Positions 28,431 through 40,879 of a DNA stretch of 64,000 bases are shown here, one piece after another. The notes under the pieces are model-generated. The model searched no databases and was not told the DNA's origin. It saw only the letters and a list, made by a program, of their open reading frames with translations. The stretch is from Octopus sinensis. Taxonomy: Eukaryota. The stretch is from the NCBI RefSeq assembly GCF_006345805.1, contig NW_021833052.1, positions 22,449 to 86,448 of the forward strand. The letters are read 5' to 3'. Position 1 is the first letter of the stretch. Every line of letters begins with the position of its first letter. The translations under genes and the position numbers were made by a program.

Positions 28431-28460
28431 ATGACGATGATTATGATGATAATGATGATG
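26630..28460. repeat. (GAT)n array with GAC/CAT variants and internal higher-order duplications
   Basis: Direct reading. ATCATGCTCATGATGATC marker appears three times (~26832, ~26962, ~27058), and a duplicated block lies in 28160-28420. Confidence 0.95.
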
Positions 28461-28461
28461 A

Positions 28462-28690
28462 CTTCAAATTTCGGCACAAGACCAGTAATTATAAAGAGAA
28501 GGAGTCTAAGTCAATTACATCGACCCCCATTGCTCAACTGGTACTTATTTCCATCAATGTCTTCCCCCACCCCCCATCGTAAGCATAAGAGGCAAAGTCG
28601 ACTTCGGCGGGCATTCGAGCTCAGATCGTAAAGCCGGGAGAAATGCATCTAAGCATTTAGCGTTGCATGCTAACGATCCTACCAGGTCGT
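28462..28690 (-). mobile_element. GGCGAGCTGGCAG-head SINE
   Basis: TTCAAATTTCGGCACAAGACC tail; AAAGTCGACTTCGGCGGGCATTCGAGCTCAG core in reverse. Confidence 0.7.
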
Positions 28691-28789
28691 AGAAAATAAT
28701 AATAATAATAACAACAACAACAACAACAACGACGACGACGACGACGACGACGATGATGATGATGATGATGATGATAATGATGATGATGC

Positions 28790-29590
28790 AGAATCAGGCA
28801 ATGGCTCTCGTGGCTTCTGATCTTAACTGATTGGAAGTGTTATCTTGTACATTGTTTTGCCTTGGTATAAAACATGGGCTACAGCAAATATTCTGCTCAA
28901 TACCCCATATTAACTTGTCAGTTGTTTGACTTTAACCAGTTGACCATGTCCCTTAGTGGCTGACGATATGTGCATCTCTGATCACAAGCAGGAGTAGTGG
29001 GGGAGCATCATAGCCATGTGTTGAAAGGAATTCTTCGCGGTTTGGATAATTCACCTCTGGAAACATGTGTGTTTTGTTGAACATCCTTAAACAACCCTTA
29101 TTCGGAGACCTTGTGAGCGGGATGGGTTACTCGACCAGAAGAAAATTCTAACCGGGCCCCCTTTTGCTACAGCCACTGGACAAGTAAAAATTGCCCTCCC
29201 CTCTCGGTATTCTGCTCAATACCATAGAAGATTTTCTTGTCAGTTGTTTAACCATAACCAGTTGAGCATGTGCCTTAGTGGCTGACTATATGTGCCCCTC
29301 TGATCACGAGCAGAAGTTGTGGGGGAGGATCATAGCCATGTGTTGACAGGAATTCTTTGGGGTTTGGGTAATTCATATCTGGAAATCTGGGTGTTTCGTT
29401 CAACATCCTTAAACAACCCTTATTCAGGGACTTTTTGAGTGGGATGGACTACTCCACCTGATGAAAATCTAACTGGGCCCCACCTGCAAGATATTGCACA
29501 GTTTATCTTGATATGAGATCACCATGTCGTGCACATATGGTTGTGATGCATGTGCCAATGTCACTTTGATGGCATGCACTACTCTCTCAC

Positions 29591-29661
<71 letters not shown>

Positions 29662-29680
29662 TATAATAATAATAATATCT
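28790..29680 (+). mobile_element. TAA-tailed retroposon (non-autonomous element or LINE 3' region), two partial tandem copies ending in (AAT)n
   Basis: CCCTTAGTGGCTGACGATATGTGCATCTCTGATCAC..AACTGGGCCCC block present twice (28790-29165 and 29190-29590). Ends GATGGCATGCACTACTCTCTCACT-(AAT)n. Same family at 30925, 46063 and 62670. Confidence 0.8.
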
Positions 29681-30197
29681 AGAAGAAGAAGAAGAAGAAG
29701 AAGAAGAAGAGGAGGAGGAGGAGGAGAACGTGGGGGTGACGGAAGAGGAGAGGTGGAGAAGAATGATTTATGTATTTTCCATCAAGCGCCAATTCATGAA
29801 TATAAAAGAAATATAAACTAGACACAGAGCAAACACCTTAAACAACTAACTTCGAACTGAGCAACTTGGTCTACAGACAGAAAAAAGTCTGAATTAATTA
29901 ATCAAACAGACACATGCAAATTGTCAAATGAAAAAAATATAATGCAATTTTAACAAGTGTAAACACTAATTCATATGACAGACAAAAACGTTAACAACTA
30001 CAGCATCGATGTAAACAGAAACTCTTTCGCTGCTACTATTAACCAAAGAGAACGGCTAGACGTTGCTAAATTACCGAGAAATCACTACAGGGGAGGACGG
30101 AAGTAATTTATTTCTGCTTCGAGAAGGAGGGAGATTTTTTTTTAATTGCTTTCAAAAAAGTAGTTGAAGCAAACTCTAGCCGACGAGTTATATATAA

Positions 30198-30670
30198 TAT
30201 TTGGTTTCTGTGAATGCAAGGAGCTAGCAAAATCCCCCAAAATTTCGGGCTTTGTGCCTAGAGTAGAAAAAAGTATTTGGTTTCTGTGAAGGCAAGGAGC
30301 TAGCAAAATCCCCCAAAATTTCGGGCTTTGTGCCTAGAGTAGAAAAAAAGTATTTGGTTTCTGTGAAGGCAAGGAGCTAGCAAAATCCCCCAAAATTTCG
30401 GGCTTTGTGCCTAGAGTAGAAAAAAGTATTTGGTTTCTGTGAAGGCAAGGAGCTAGCAAAATCCCCCAAAATTTCGGGCTTTGTGCCTAGAGTAGAAAAA
30501 AATATTTGGTTTCTGTGAAGGCAAGGAGCTAGCAAAATCCCCCAAAATTTCGGGCTTTGTGCCTAGAGTAGAAAAAAGTATTTGGTTTCTGTGAAGGCAA
30601 GGAGCTAGCAAAATCCCCCAAAATTTCGGGCCTTGTGCCTAGAGTAGAAAAAAATATTTGGTTTCTGTGA
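30198..30670 (+). repeat. 76-bp SINE-derived minisatellite, 6 full units
   Basis: Units start at 30198, 30274, 30351, 30427, 30503 and 30579; a seventh start at 30655 runs into a SINE. Unit = TATTTGGTTTCTGTGA + SINE head AGGCAAGGAGCTAGCAAAATC + SINE tail CCCCAAAATTTCGGGCTTTGTGCCTAGAGTAGAAAA. Confidence 0.92.
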
Positions 30671-30671
30671 A

Positions 30672-30890
30672 CGCAGCGAGCTGGTAAAATCGTTAACACG
30701 CGCTGAGCGAAATGCTTAGCGAAATTTCGTCTGTCTTTACGTTCGGATTCCAACAGTCGCCGAGGTCGATTTTGTCTTTCGTCCTTCCGTTGTTCGATAA
30801 AATAAGTGTCAGTTGAATACTGGTATCGATTAAACGAATAATCCATCCGCCCCAAAATTGTTGGCCTTGAAGCAAAATTTGAAATCATTA
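30672..30890 (+). mobile_element. Full GGCGAGCTGGCAG-head SINE adjoining the minisatellite
   Basis: GCGAGCTGGTAAAATCGTTAACACG head, central core and GGCCTTG..AAAATTTGAAA tail. Confidence 0.75.
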
Positions 30891-30924
30891 TTCAGTTTTT
30901 GCAGATTAATAGTAAAAAGGATTA

Positions 30925-31470
30925 TTATTGAGTGAGAGAGAAGTACATGGCATCAAAGTGACACTAGGGTACAAATATACGAAGCACAATATATCTATCA
31001 TGACTACCCGTCTAAGGGTACACCAGGCACATGCATCACAACCTTATGTGCGCGACATGGTGATCTTATATCGAGATAAACGGCGCATGACCTTCTAGGT
31101 GGGGCCCAGTTAGAATTTTCTTCAGGTAGGTTAGCCCATCCCGCTCAAAAGGGTCCCTGAATAAGGGTTGTTTAAGGATGTTGAACGAACCACCCATGTT
31201 TCCAGAGGTAAATTATTCAAATTCCAAAGAATTCCTGTCAATACATGGCTATGATAGTCCCCTGCTATTTCTGCTCGTAATCAGAGATGCACATATCGTC
31301 AGCCACTAAGGGACATGCTCAACTGGTTAAGGTCAAACAAATGACACACAGATCTGTGATACTGAGCAGATATTTGTTGTAGCCCACCTTTTATACCAAG
31401 ACAAAAATTGTACATGATAACACTTCCCATCAGTTAAGACCAGAATCCATTAGAGCCAGTGTCTGGTACT
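30925..31470 (-). mobile_element. TAA-tailed retroposon copy lying in ATT repeats
   Basis: Reverse complement of the 28790 family, with ATT tracts on both sides. Confidence 0.8.
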
Positions 31471-31512
31471 ACATCAGGGCATTTATTATTATTATTATTA
31501 TTCTTATTATTA

Positions 31513-31546
<34 letters not shown>

Positions 31547-31560
31547 CATTATTATTATTA

Positions 31561-31649
<89 letters not shown>

Positions 31650-31928
31650 TCTGAGGATTCACCTGTGATTTAAAAAGGTAATATAAAAGGAGAAAGGGGG
31701 TTCTCTACCCTGCTTTTGACCAGGCTCCCGTGGCTTTTATGGGTTTTTCCAACAGGAACCTTTCGAAGCGCCTCCCTCTATTGGGAGTTTTTCATTGTTA
31801 AATATTTTCGTTGTTACACTTTTTTACACGGATTTTTGAAACGGACAAAACCCTCTGTAACTTTCATCCTGTTTTTTGTCCCTTTATGTTATAAATAATT
31901 TTTGTCAGCCCTTGTGGCCAATAAAAGA

Positions 31929-31935
<7 letters not shown>
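31650..31935 (+). mobile_element. Tx1-clade LINE extreme 3' end inserted in (ATT)n
   Basis: ..LRIHL* then a 3' UTR shared with 13808-14050, ending CAGCCCTTGTGGCCAATAAAAGAA followed by (ATT)n. Confidence 0.6.
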
Positions 31936-31988
<53 letters not shown>

Positions 31989-32149
31989 CATCATCATCAT
32001 CATCATCATCCTCCTCCTCCTCCTCCTCCTCCTCCTCATCATCATCATCATCATCATCCTCATCATCATCATCATCATCATTTTGTTTTTCATATGGCGT
32101 AAGTGTTCTTTAGTTTAAAGTGAGCGAATTTTCTGTCGCTCCTTTTCTC

Positions 32150-34040
32150 GGTCGTGTAGTAAGATGAAAAGACATTCAAATGTTTACCAATGAGGGTTTA
32201 CCAATGAGTAGCCAGGCGTGTATCGAACTGTTTCTTAATTCTGTTGCATCTCCGGTTATATTTGTTTGAGAGTTAATGTTAGATATCTTGATAAAATGTG
32301 AAGTACCATTTAAAGAAAGTATATCTTTGAATTGACATTTCACAAGTACGTTTATTCGAATACGTAGATGCACGTATTATAACATCTCAACAGATCTGGA
32401 GATGATGGCCTGTTGTTCTCTGACAAATGCTGCTTCTACAGTAGAGAATTCGGTACCTGGTTGTATTGATTACGTAAGAGAATGCTTTTACTATTGCCAT
32501 AATGTTCATTTAAAATGACATTTACATGTGTCCCTTGTTTTTGTTTGTTCGAAATCCAAACTAAATCTGGGGTAGAATTTTGTTACTGCATTAATAATAA
32601 TAATCGATTTATTATCCTTTGTACGTTTAAAGTCAACAAGGTTACATAGCAAGCCTTGTAAGCTGATAGGAAAGTGAGGACACCTGATAGCAATTTTCCT
32701 GGACTATTCCCTAATAATTTAATAATCCCTTGTCACCTTCATTATATTTCAGACTTTATTGCTTAACACATAATATGTTCGATAATATCCATGGTTACGA
32801 TATATACTATATAAATATATTGCCCTCCAGTTCAATACTACAAAATAATATATCATGGCTAATAAATATGTATTAATGATACACGATGTGTTGTTATTCA
32901 ATTAAGCCTTCTATTTTCAGTATTTTGTATTGTAAAAGTTTGGTGAATTTTCGAAACTGAAGAATTTTCATTGTCTTCCTTAAAGCGTTTCGCGACTCTC
33001 AAGCTAATGACAATTCGCAGCATATAATTTTAAATCTTCCACGAAGAGAAGCTGATAGATGTACATGGTCTTTTCCGAATAAAGCAAATTAAATCTTGTT
33101 TGTTAGCCAACACAAACGTAGATAGCATCGAATAAAGTGACGACTAAATAGATTATCTCATTGCGATATCACAGTAGATATTTTTGTGAAGCAGAACATA
33201 ATGCGGATCTTTTCGGTTTGGACGGCAGTTTTTAACATAATTTCTAGGTAACTAAAAAAATTTAAACTTCGTATACTGGTAGAATGTGTTTATAAAACAT
33301 CTTTTTCTCTTGGCTTTATTGAGAAAATTCTATAGTTTGTAAGATATTTGGTCTTTGATTTCTTTAATTTCTGCAATTTTAACCAATCACTGGCGTCTAT
33401 TGAGTTAAAAAGCATTCTGTGCCGTATGAATATGTCCCTCGTTTAAGAAACACATTGGGTTTATTTACATTTGTTAGGGTTAGGGTTAGGGGTGGGGGGA
33501 AGGGTATCTTTTTTTCTTCACAAATGTAAATAAACCCAATCTGTTTCTTGAACGAGGGACATATTCATACGGCACAGAATGTTTTCACCTCAATAGACGG
33601 TCATTAATTGGTTGAAATTGCCGAAATGCAAGAAATTAAAGACCAAATATGTTACAAACTATAGAATTTTCTCAATAAAAACAAGAGAAAAAGATGTTTT
33701 CTAAACACATTCTACCAGTAAACGAAGTTTAAAATTTTTTAGTTACCTAGAAATTATTTTTAAAAACTGCCGTTCAAACCGAAAAGATCCCATAAAGCCA
33801 CACTTTTGTTGGCGACCATAAGATATGACTGGCTGTTATTGTTGTTTTAAACTGTAGTGTTATCAAATTTCGGGATTTTGAGCATTTTGATGAGTGCAAG
33901 TGAGACTGAATGAAATCCTTTCCAACAGTAAATTCATTCCTATTACACTTTTCAAATCATTTAGTACTCCCTTGTTAATAAGGAGCCGCTCATTTGTTTC
34001 AGAGGATTCATGCATGCAATCGTCGATAGAATTAAATTCT
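32150..34040 (-). pseudogene. Highly decayed non-LTR retrotransposon reverse transcriptase (R4/Dong-like), split by a MITE
   Basis: Minus-strand fragments in the expected RT order: ERLLINKGVLND (~33990), GDNLFSRHFI, QLLFVEDLKLYAA (FMDD motif region, ~33050), NY*GIVQ (YKYLG-like, ~32710). Many stops and frameshifts. Confidence 0.6.
33205..33790. mobile_element. 586-bp fully palindromic (foldback) Merlin-like MITE
   Basis: Arms ~33205-33473 and ~33520-33790 are near-perfect inverted copies. GG..CC ends. 8-bp TSD CATAATGC (33197-33204) / CATAAAGC (33791-33798), 1 mismatch. TTAGGG x3 at the centre. Confidence 0.85.
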
Positions 34041-34064
34041 TCGTTCCTAAATTATCTCTCATTC

Positions 34065-34283
34065 TCGCTTTTACTCTTTTACTCTTTTACTTGTTTCAGT
34101 CACGTGACTGTGGCCATGCTGGAGCATCGCCTTTAGTCGAGCAAATCGACCCCAGGACTTATTCTTTGTAAGCCTAGTACTTATTTTATCGGTATCTTTT
34201 GCCGAACCGCTTGGTTACGAGGACATAAACATACCAACATAAACACAGACACACAAACATATACACCCACATACATATATATA

Positions 34284-34333
<50 letters not shown>

Positions 34334-34510
34334 TATATATATTATATACGACGGACTTCTTTCAGTTTCCGTCTACCAAGTCCACTCACAAGGCTTTGGT
34401 CGGCCCGAGGCTATAGTAGAAGATACTCACCCAAGTTGCCACGTAGTGGGACTGAACCCGGAACCATGTGTTTCGTAAGCAAGCTACTTACCACACAGCC
34501 ACTCCTAGGC
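34065..34510 (-). mobile_element. Full-length OK-like SINE
   Basis: Reverse complement of the family, with internal (TA)n. Confidence 0.85.
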
Positions 34511-34994
34511 CTATGAAGATATTTGAGAAACTGTAAATTAATTGTAGGTAAGTTATTGGTACTCAGGTAAATTGCCATTTATTAGTGGCCATCGTTTTCT
34601 TTCAAAATAAGTAACCATCTCGATACTGGTTCAAACTTAGTCGTACTTTGCACGTTGTGTGAAACTCAGACATGAAAGGAAATATCCATGACAAGTACAC
34701 ACACTTATTATTAGAGGAAACCAATAATGTAGCATCTTCTGAAACAAAAACAAAACAGCCACACTAACACAGAACAAAAGGTCAGACATCTTCCGATTCC
34801 TCGAAATGAAAAGATGATGGGTGTGACCGGGAAAATTCAGAGAAATAGCAAAAGTAAAAAAGAACGACTAAGTGGAAAAAAGAGGAGACGAGAGATACCT
34901 GCGCTCGTACCCCCAAATTTCGAATATTACCTCTCTTCCAAACATTTGAAGCTTAGCAAAAAAACAAAAAGAAAACGAAATTGCACATGCATAT

Positions 34995-35420
34995 AGGCGC
35001 AGGTGTGGCTGTGTGGTAAGTTGCTTGTTTACAAACCACATGGTTCCGGGTTCAGTCCCACTGCGTGGCACCATGGGCAAGTGTCTTCTACTATAGCCTC
35101 GGGCCGACCAAAGCCTTGTGAGTGGATTTGGTAGACGGAAACTGAAAGAAACCCGTCGTATATATGTATATATAAATGTGTGTGTGTGTATGTTTGTGTG
35201 TCTGTGTTTGTCCCCCCAACATCGCTTGACAACCGACGCTGGTGTGTTTACGTCCCCGTAACTTAGCGGTTCGGCAAAAAAGACCGATAGAATAAGTACT
35301 GGGCTTACAAAAGAATAAGTCACGAGGTCGAGTTGCTCGATTAAAGGCGGTGCTCCAGCATGGCCGCAGTCAAATGACTGAAACAAGTAAAAGAGTAAAA
35401 GAGTAAAAGAGTAAAAAGAA
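34995..35420 (+). mobile_element. Full-length OK-like SINE with (GAGTAAAA)n tail
   Basis: Head AGGCGCAGGTGTGGCTGTGTGGTAAG through ..GACTGAAACAAGTAAAAGAGTAAAA. Confidence 0.85.
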
Positions 35421-35461
35421 AGAGAATATACACGTCAGCCTACTGATCAACAGCAAAAACA

Positions 35462-35745
35462 GTGGAGGCGCAATGGCCCAGTGGTGAGGGCAGCGGATTC
35501 GCGGTCGGAGGATCGCGGTTTCGATTCTCAGACCGGGCGTTGTGTGTGTTTATTGAGCGAAAAGACCTAAAGCTCCACGAGTCTTCGGCGGGGGGGGGCA
35601 CCCCTGTTGTACTCTTTCGCCCCAACTTTCTCTCAATCTTTCTTCCTGTTTCCTGTCCCCGACTTCCTACGCAACCGCTGAGCCTGGATGCGCATTCATC
35701 CATTCGTCGATGTTCTCGGTGCTTTCTCTTCTGCGGGTCTTACGA
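35462..35745 (+). mobile_element. OR1-like tRNA-head SINE with an alternative 3' tail
   Basis: Head and body match 629-830, then the sequence diverges to CCCGACTTCCTACGCAACCGCTGAGCCTGG... Confidence 0.75.
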
Positions 35746-36435
35746 ATAGCAAAGGACCAGGTTTCGGACTTCTCCCACTTGAGAAAGACCGCTACGCTCA
35801 ACATCAACATCAAGAGCAACAGCAACAACAACATAAAAATAATGTCCTCTTTTGTCTCTGTTGTATATCTTAGCGCTGGAACACTTGAAATAGAACACAA
35901 GTGAGCTGTGGGTATATACGTAGATCAGATAACTTATTGGAAATCAGAGTAGCAGGTATCATGCTGGAGAAGTACTCGGAAGAAATATGAACACACATCA
36001 CCTATAATAAATCTGTGGGCTTGCACCTCATCAGCTGGAGTGACAAGTTCTTGGAGTCTGGTTTAGACTAGACCTCCAAGTGGATAAAACTGGGAAAAGA
36101 TCATAAGCGGTTAATAGGAGTGGTTACGATTCTTCTTTCATGTGACACGTCTCTTTGACCAAGCCGTAGTTCTAGGTCAAGCTCAGGTCGAAGTTGGGCC
36201 TTTGACATCTGAAATGTTGCCAGACTGCACCCTATGTGATCGGTGGAGTGATATTCCCGCATTTATAGACAGATAGTGGAAGATATAAAAGATGACAGCG
36301 TAAGAGATATTCTGGGCTTGACGGGGTTATCTTCTGGAGAACTTTCAGATTAGATAATATGAATAGTTTCCGGAACTCCTTGGCCTGATTTTGCTACAGA
36401 GAGGAGGCATTGCATGATCGGGATAACCATTAGAG

Positions 36436-38480
36436 CAGTGGTTTTCAATAGTTTATTTTTACCTCATGCTGCACTGGAATTCAAATAAACAAAAGGTAAT
36501 GGCACAACTTTCATGGAAATTTTACGGAATTGTGTATTAGAAATAGATATTTAGAAAAATATATGGAAAACACCCTATCTTCTTTTATCAATCCTATTTG
36601 AGTGAAACATAAGGCTCATACATTTTTAGTGATATTTGGGGCATATGTGCGATTAAGCAGACTCTTATTTCTTTCTCCGTACATTGAACAGCAGGTAGCT
36701 TCTATTTCTCCATTTAATGTTGGTGAAGAAAACTCTGGAAGCACTCCGTCGGTTACGACGAAGAGGGTTCCGGTTGATCCGATCAACGGAACAGTCTGCT
36801 CGTGAAATTAACGTGTAAGTGGCTGAGCACTCCACAGACACGTGCACCCTTAACGTAGTTCTCGGGGATATTCAGCGTGACACAGAGAGTGACAAGGCCG
36901 GCCCTTTGAAATACAGGTACAACAGAAACAGGAAGTAAGAGAAAGTTGTGGTGAAAGAGTACAGCAGGGATCACCACCATCCCCTGCCGGAGCCTCGTGG
37001 AGCTTTAAGTGTTTTCGATCAATAAACACTCACAACGCCCGGTCTGGGAATCGAAATCGCGATCCTACGACCTCGAGTCCGCTGCCCTAACCACTGGGAC
37101 ATTGCACCTCCACAAAGAAAACTCTAATTCCCTTCAAACAATTTTGAAAACTGAATGTAAATATACTGACGTTTTATATTTTTTAATGTTTAACTACTGA
37201 AGAATATTTCTCTGATGGAAAACCAAAACTTTTCAAGAGACAGCTTCTCATATTTGAGTTTTAATCTACGATCATTGGATGTGAAATCTGTCTATTCTGA
37301 GGTTTTCAAACCAACGTTAGTTGGAATTTTCATGAAAGGGTTTCACACACATTCATATTGTTCCGTTTGATGATAGAAAATAAAAGCCCAATTTCTCTTC
37401 TACATATGTTATATGTTCCACTACGATGGGAGTTATTTATTTCATATGAGTTATATTTATGAAAGGAAACATTTTGGAATTGCTTATTATTTTTTCTAGC
37501 TTTCCTTTTCCAACGTATTTTTTAATGAAACGCTGTTAGGCTATGCATAATTTTCAGATTTTCATATTTACGTTGTATACATACTTCAGATAACTTTAGG
37601 TGCTGAAATATACTTTCCAGGCTAGAAATCAAAAATTTCATAAATTGCAGATGTTCATAAAAGTGTTTTTAATTTACTTCAAGAATGTCTTTCTGAAAAT
37701 CATGCACGCGATGAAGCATGAATTCCTTTTGACAGTCATTTCACATCGGAATGTAAAAATATATTTAACGTCTGTTGTGAAAAATATGCTTGTACAAATT
37801 TTCAAGTTTTCTCGAACGAAAAACACAAAAAATTATCTTAAATTGATTATTTTAATAAAATTAACTATTTCGGCAAATTGATGTAAAAACCTGCTTCAGC
37901 TCAACTCTCAATGATTTTGCAGTCAAGGCATCTCTGTACAATTTCTAAGTTATCATAAAATATATTTTTACAGGTGTTGTAAACTCTTTCATACAGTCAC
38001 TATTGAGGAAACTTCATCGTTACACAGCATCCATGATAATTCCCATTTTTCAAGGAAATTATATGAAATATGAACATTATCCTAACTTCTTTCCAGAGCG
38101 TGGCGTTATTTACTCTTTGATCGTCATCAATAAAATGAATGAATGCCACTACTGGCACTTAGTTGATTATGCCTCTTCACTCATCAGCTTGCACAGTAAT
38201 ATTTCAGTTTTTACGTTTATTACGTCATAACTTCTCCAACTTGGAAACAAACAATTTCAAAATGTGCCGACGTGTATCATTTTTTTCCTCAATTCTTGTT
38301 CTGTTTCTGGCATGATTTCGTATTGTTTTAATAATGTTTCTGCATGTAGCCATTATAATTAACACAGCTAAAGTATAAAAATGCGCTGTTTTTTGTGCAA
38401 CTGTTTCCGATATTCCATAAAACGTAATTGGAAGCTGTTTCAGAAATTACTAAATCTTAGATATTTTCATGTATCGTCTG
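36436..38480 (-). pseudogene. hAT (Buster/Charlie, ZBED5-like) transposase fossil with one terminus preserved
   Basis: Minus-strand motifs in order: ITVQADE*RGIIN (LDESTD-like), FLEKWELSW, LYRDALTAKSL (HREAL), LHSDVK*LSKG (LHTEVRWLSRG), NPF..LKLKYEKLSLEKFW, TNIKWRNRS..EIRVCL. TIR start CAGTGGTTTTCAA at 36436, preceded by the 8-mer CATTAGAG (NNNTANNN). The other end was not found. Confidence 0.8.
36737..37113 (-). mobile_element. OR1-like SINE inserted into the hAT fossil
   Basis: Near-identical to 629-1012 in reverse. 11-bp TSD AAGAAAACTCT (36726-36736 and 37115-37125). Confidence 0.88.
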
Positions 38481-39118
38481 TCGTTCTGACAATACCATCG
38501 AGACCCAGCAGGCTCCGGGGCTTAAAATAATTTGAGTCGAATTCATTAATATAGGAGTGCTCATGTTTTAAATGTCTAATTAAGTACCATTAATTCGTTT
38601 GTCGTTCTATATCAATATTCTGATCGCAGCAGAAAAGTTGATGGAAGAAATGGTTAAAATTTAAATAATGACGCAGACAATTTCAAAATGGAAACCACCC
38701 TCAACTATGTTACTTAAGAGAAGATTATTTATCATATAAATGAAAGGGGAACGAGAAAGAGAGGAAGTGATAGATTGATAGAGAGAGAGAGAAAGAGAGA
38801 TACCAAGTATATCTAAAAGCGTGTGGTAAAATTACCAACACGTCGAATAAATAACTGTAATAATCTTTTGTGCTACAGGCACAAGGCCTGAAATCAAGGG
38901 CCCGGGAACAGGAAGTGCAGCGTGTGCACCTGCACCCTTTGGAATTTTCAGGTGGTGCAAGATCAAAATTTGCACCCCTACACAATTTTACCAGTTTCAG
39001 AAAATAGTGTCTAAAAAATTATCTGTATAAGATGCTTGAAGCTAGATTTCGTTTCAGAGCAAAAACAAAGAACAAAAAGAGAAAAGTAAAAGTGATGAAG
39101 CTGGGCTTAAAATTTATA

Positions 39119-40025
39119 CGATTTCGCAGTGGAAACCTGGGCCTTGAAGATCGTAAGCGTAGTGGAAGCCCATCTGTCATCGATTACGGTCAATTAAAGA
39201 ACGTCATTGAGAAAGATCTACGCAAAACCACTCGAGAACTGGCAAAAGAACTTCAAGTTAGCCAGAAAACTGCCTACAACCATTTGTATGCGATCGAAAA
39301 ATCCAAAAGCTCGACAAATGGGTACCACATGAGTTGAATGAAATTCAGAAAATGCGCAGACATGAAATTTGCTCGTCACTTCTTCTCCGTAACTAGACCG
39401 ATCCATTTCTCGACCGTTCGTAACTTGCGATGAAAAGTAGATTCTGTACGATAATAAAAAGGAAGCAGCGAAAACCTTCCCTAAACCCGAGTTCATCAAA
39501 AATAAGGTTATGGTAACTGTTTGGTGTGTACTGCTGGACTCACTCATTATAACCTCTTAAAACCCTGAAAAACCATTACTGTAGAAACATATTGCCATGA
39601 AATTCCCCAAATGAACGAAAAACTGATACTCCTCCGTCCCAGACTGGTCAACAGATGAAGGTCAACCATTCTTCATGACAATAATCGACCACACCTTTCA
39701 GTAATGACGTCCAGAAATTGAGGAAACTTGGCTAAGAAGTTCATCCCCAGATGTGTGTCCTATCGGCTACCACATTTTCAAGCACCTTGAGGGTTTCCTA
39801 CAAAAGAAGGGGTTCAAAAATCAAACCGTTTCTGAAAGCGCTTCAAAGACTTTATCAGCTCCAGAACTCCAGATTTTTATGTTACCAGAATAAACAAATT
39901 TGTAACCCGTTGGCAAAAATGTGCTGATTTTAATTGTACTTATTTAAATGAATAAAATTTCCGTATTGTTGAAATATATTGTGATGAATTTAATGTACCA
40001 AAATGTTACTTTTTACTCAGCCTGA
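39119..40025 (+). pseudogene. 5'-truncated mariner (DD34D, Hsmar1/Mos1-like) transposase fossil with 3' TIR
   Basis: RFRSGNLGLEDRKRSG..TTRELAKELQVSQKT HTH, then broken WVPHEL, VTCDEK, KVMVTVW, HDNxRPH and PTDYH-F motifs. 3' TIR-like ..GTTACTTTTTACTCAGCCTGA followed by TA (40026-40027). Confidence 0.88.
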
Positions 40026-40370
40026 TAGCTTAACACAAATAATTTTCTAAATCAAAAATATAAACGTAATTTTTTTTTAAATTGCGGGAAAAAGCAGAAG
40101 TATAAAAGAAAAAACATTGCACGCTCTATTTGATGAAAATTTTAAGAAATTTATTTAGCAAATTCTAACTTCAGCAGCTACATTTTAAGATTTTTTTTCC
40201 TGTCCTGTACTCTTCCAGGCATAATTAATGAACTTTTCCGAGTTCAATACTAGAATATTCTAGCACTCTGCACCCGCATTTCCCCCTCTGGTCCACTCTT
40301 TTCCATGCAACGCTTCTACTATTATTATTAATTATAGTTTTCTTCATATTTTTCATTGTCGTACTACTAA

Positions 40371-40730
40371 TAACAAGAGCACTTAGAGAGCGCAAACGTC
40401 CGCCAAGGCAACACCAACGTCCTCTCAATGATTAGCCAGAGATAAATTTTAAAATCAGAATATCTGAAATAAACTCGACTGCTCTCACAAATGAGAATAC
40501 TAAAAGTGAAACTGACCGCTCTCAAAAATTAAATAAAAATACAAGAAAAATAATCCAGAATCCTTGTCTGGTACCAGATCGACCCCAAAATCTAATCAGC
40601 TCGTGCCAGTTACGAGGCCAAACATCTCTGATTCGAATCCGGCCAGCAGTTCTTGAGATATCTTGTTCACGAACAAACAAACAAACACGACTGAAAACAA
40701 TACCTCCGCCTTAGCGAAATCGGAGTTAAT
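40371..40730. mobile_element. Possible Helentron-associated non-autonomous element (HINE/DINE-1-like)
   Basis: Subterminal motif ACGTCCGCCAAGGC near the left end. ACCTCCGCCTTAGC..CGGAG stem-loop near the right end. Internal (AAAC)n. Adjacent to a Helentron Rep fossil. Confidence 0.4.
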
Positions 40731-40879
40731 AAAACAGAAATATTTTAGATTAATAAAAAATAAGTTTTAAATCAAACATATTAGCTTGGATTTTAAAATA
40801 TTTGCAGTAAAAAGCAAAACGTTAAAAGAACACACAAGACGCAAAGTGCACACACTTTTTGATGAACAATTTCAGAAAT

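Noticed and set aside
26551-28434. Poly-Met/Asp and poly-His/Ile ORFs
   Set aside because: Translations of the (GAT)n array; only the short unique segment at 26510-26625 was kept as a candidate exon.
32394-32473. Plus-strand exon candidate (CAG|..|GTAAGA, LEMMACCSLTNAASTVENSVPGCIDY)
   Set aside because: It lies within the minus-strand decayed RT fossil, which explains the higher complexity; no other plus-strand exon support.
35880-36425. Possible decayed LINE (PDCTLCD zinc-finger-like peptide)
   Set aside because: Only one short motif with many stops; not enough to assign.
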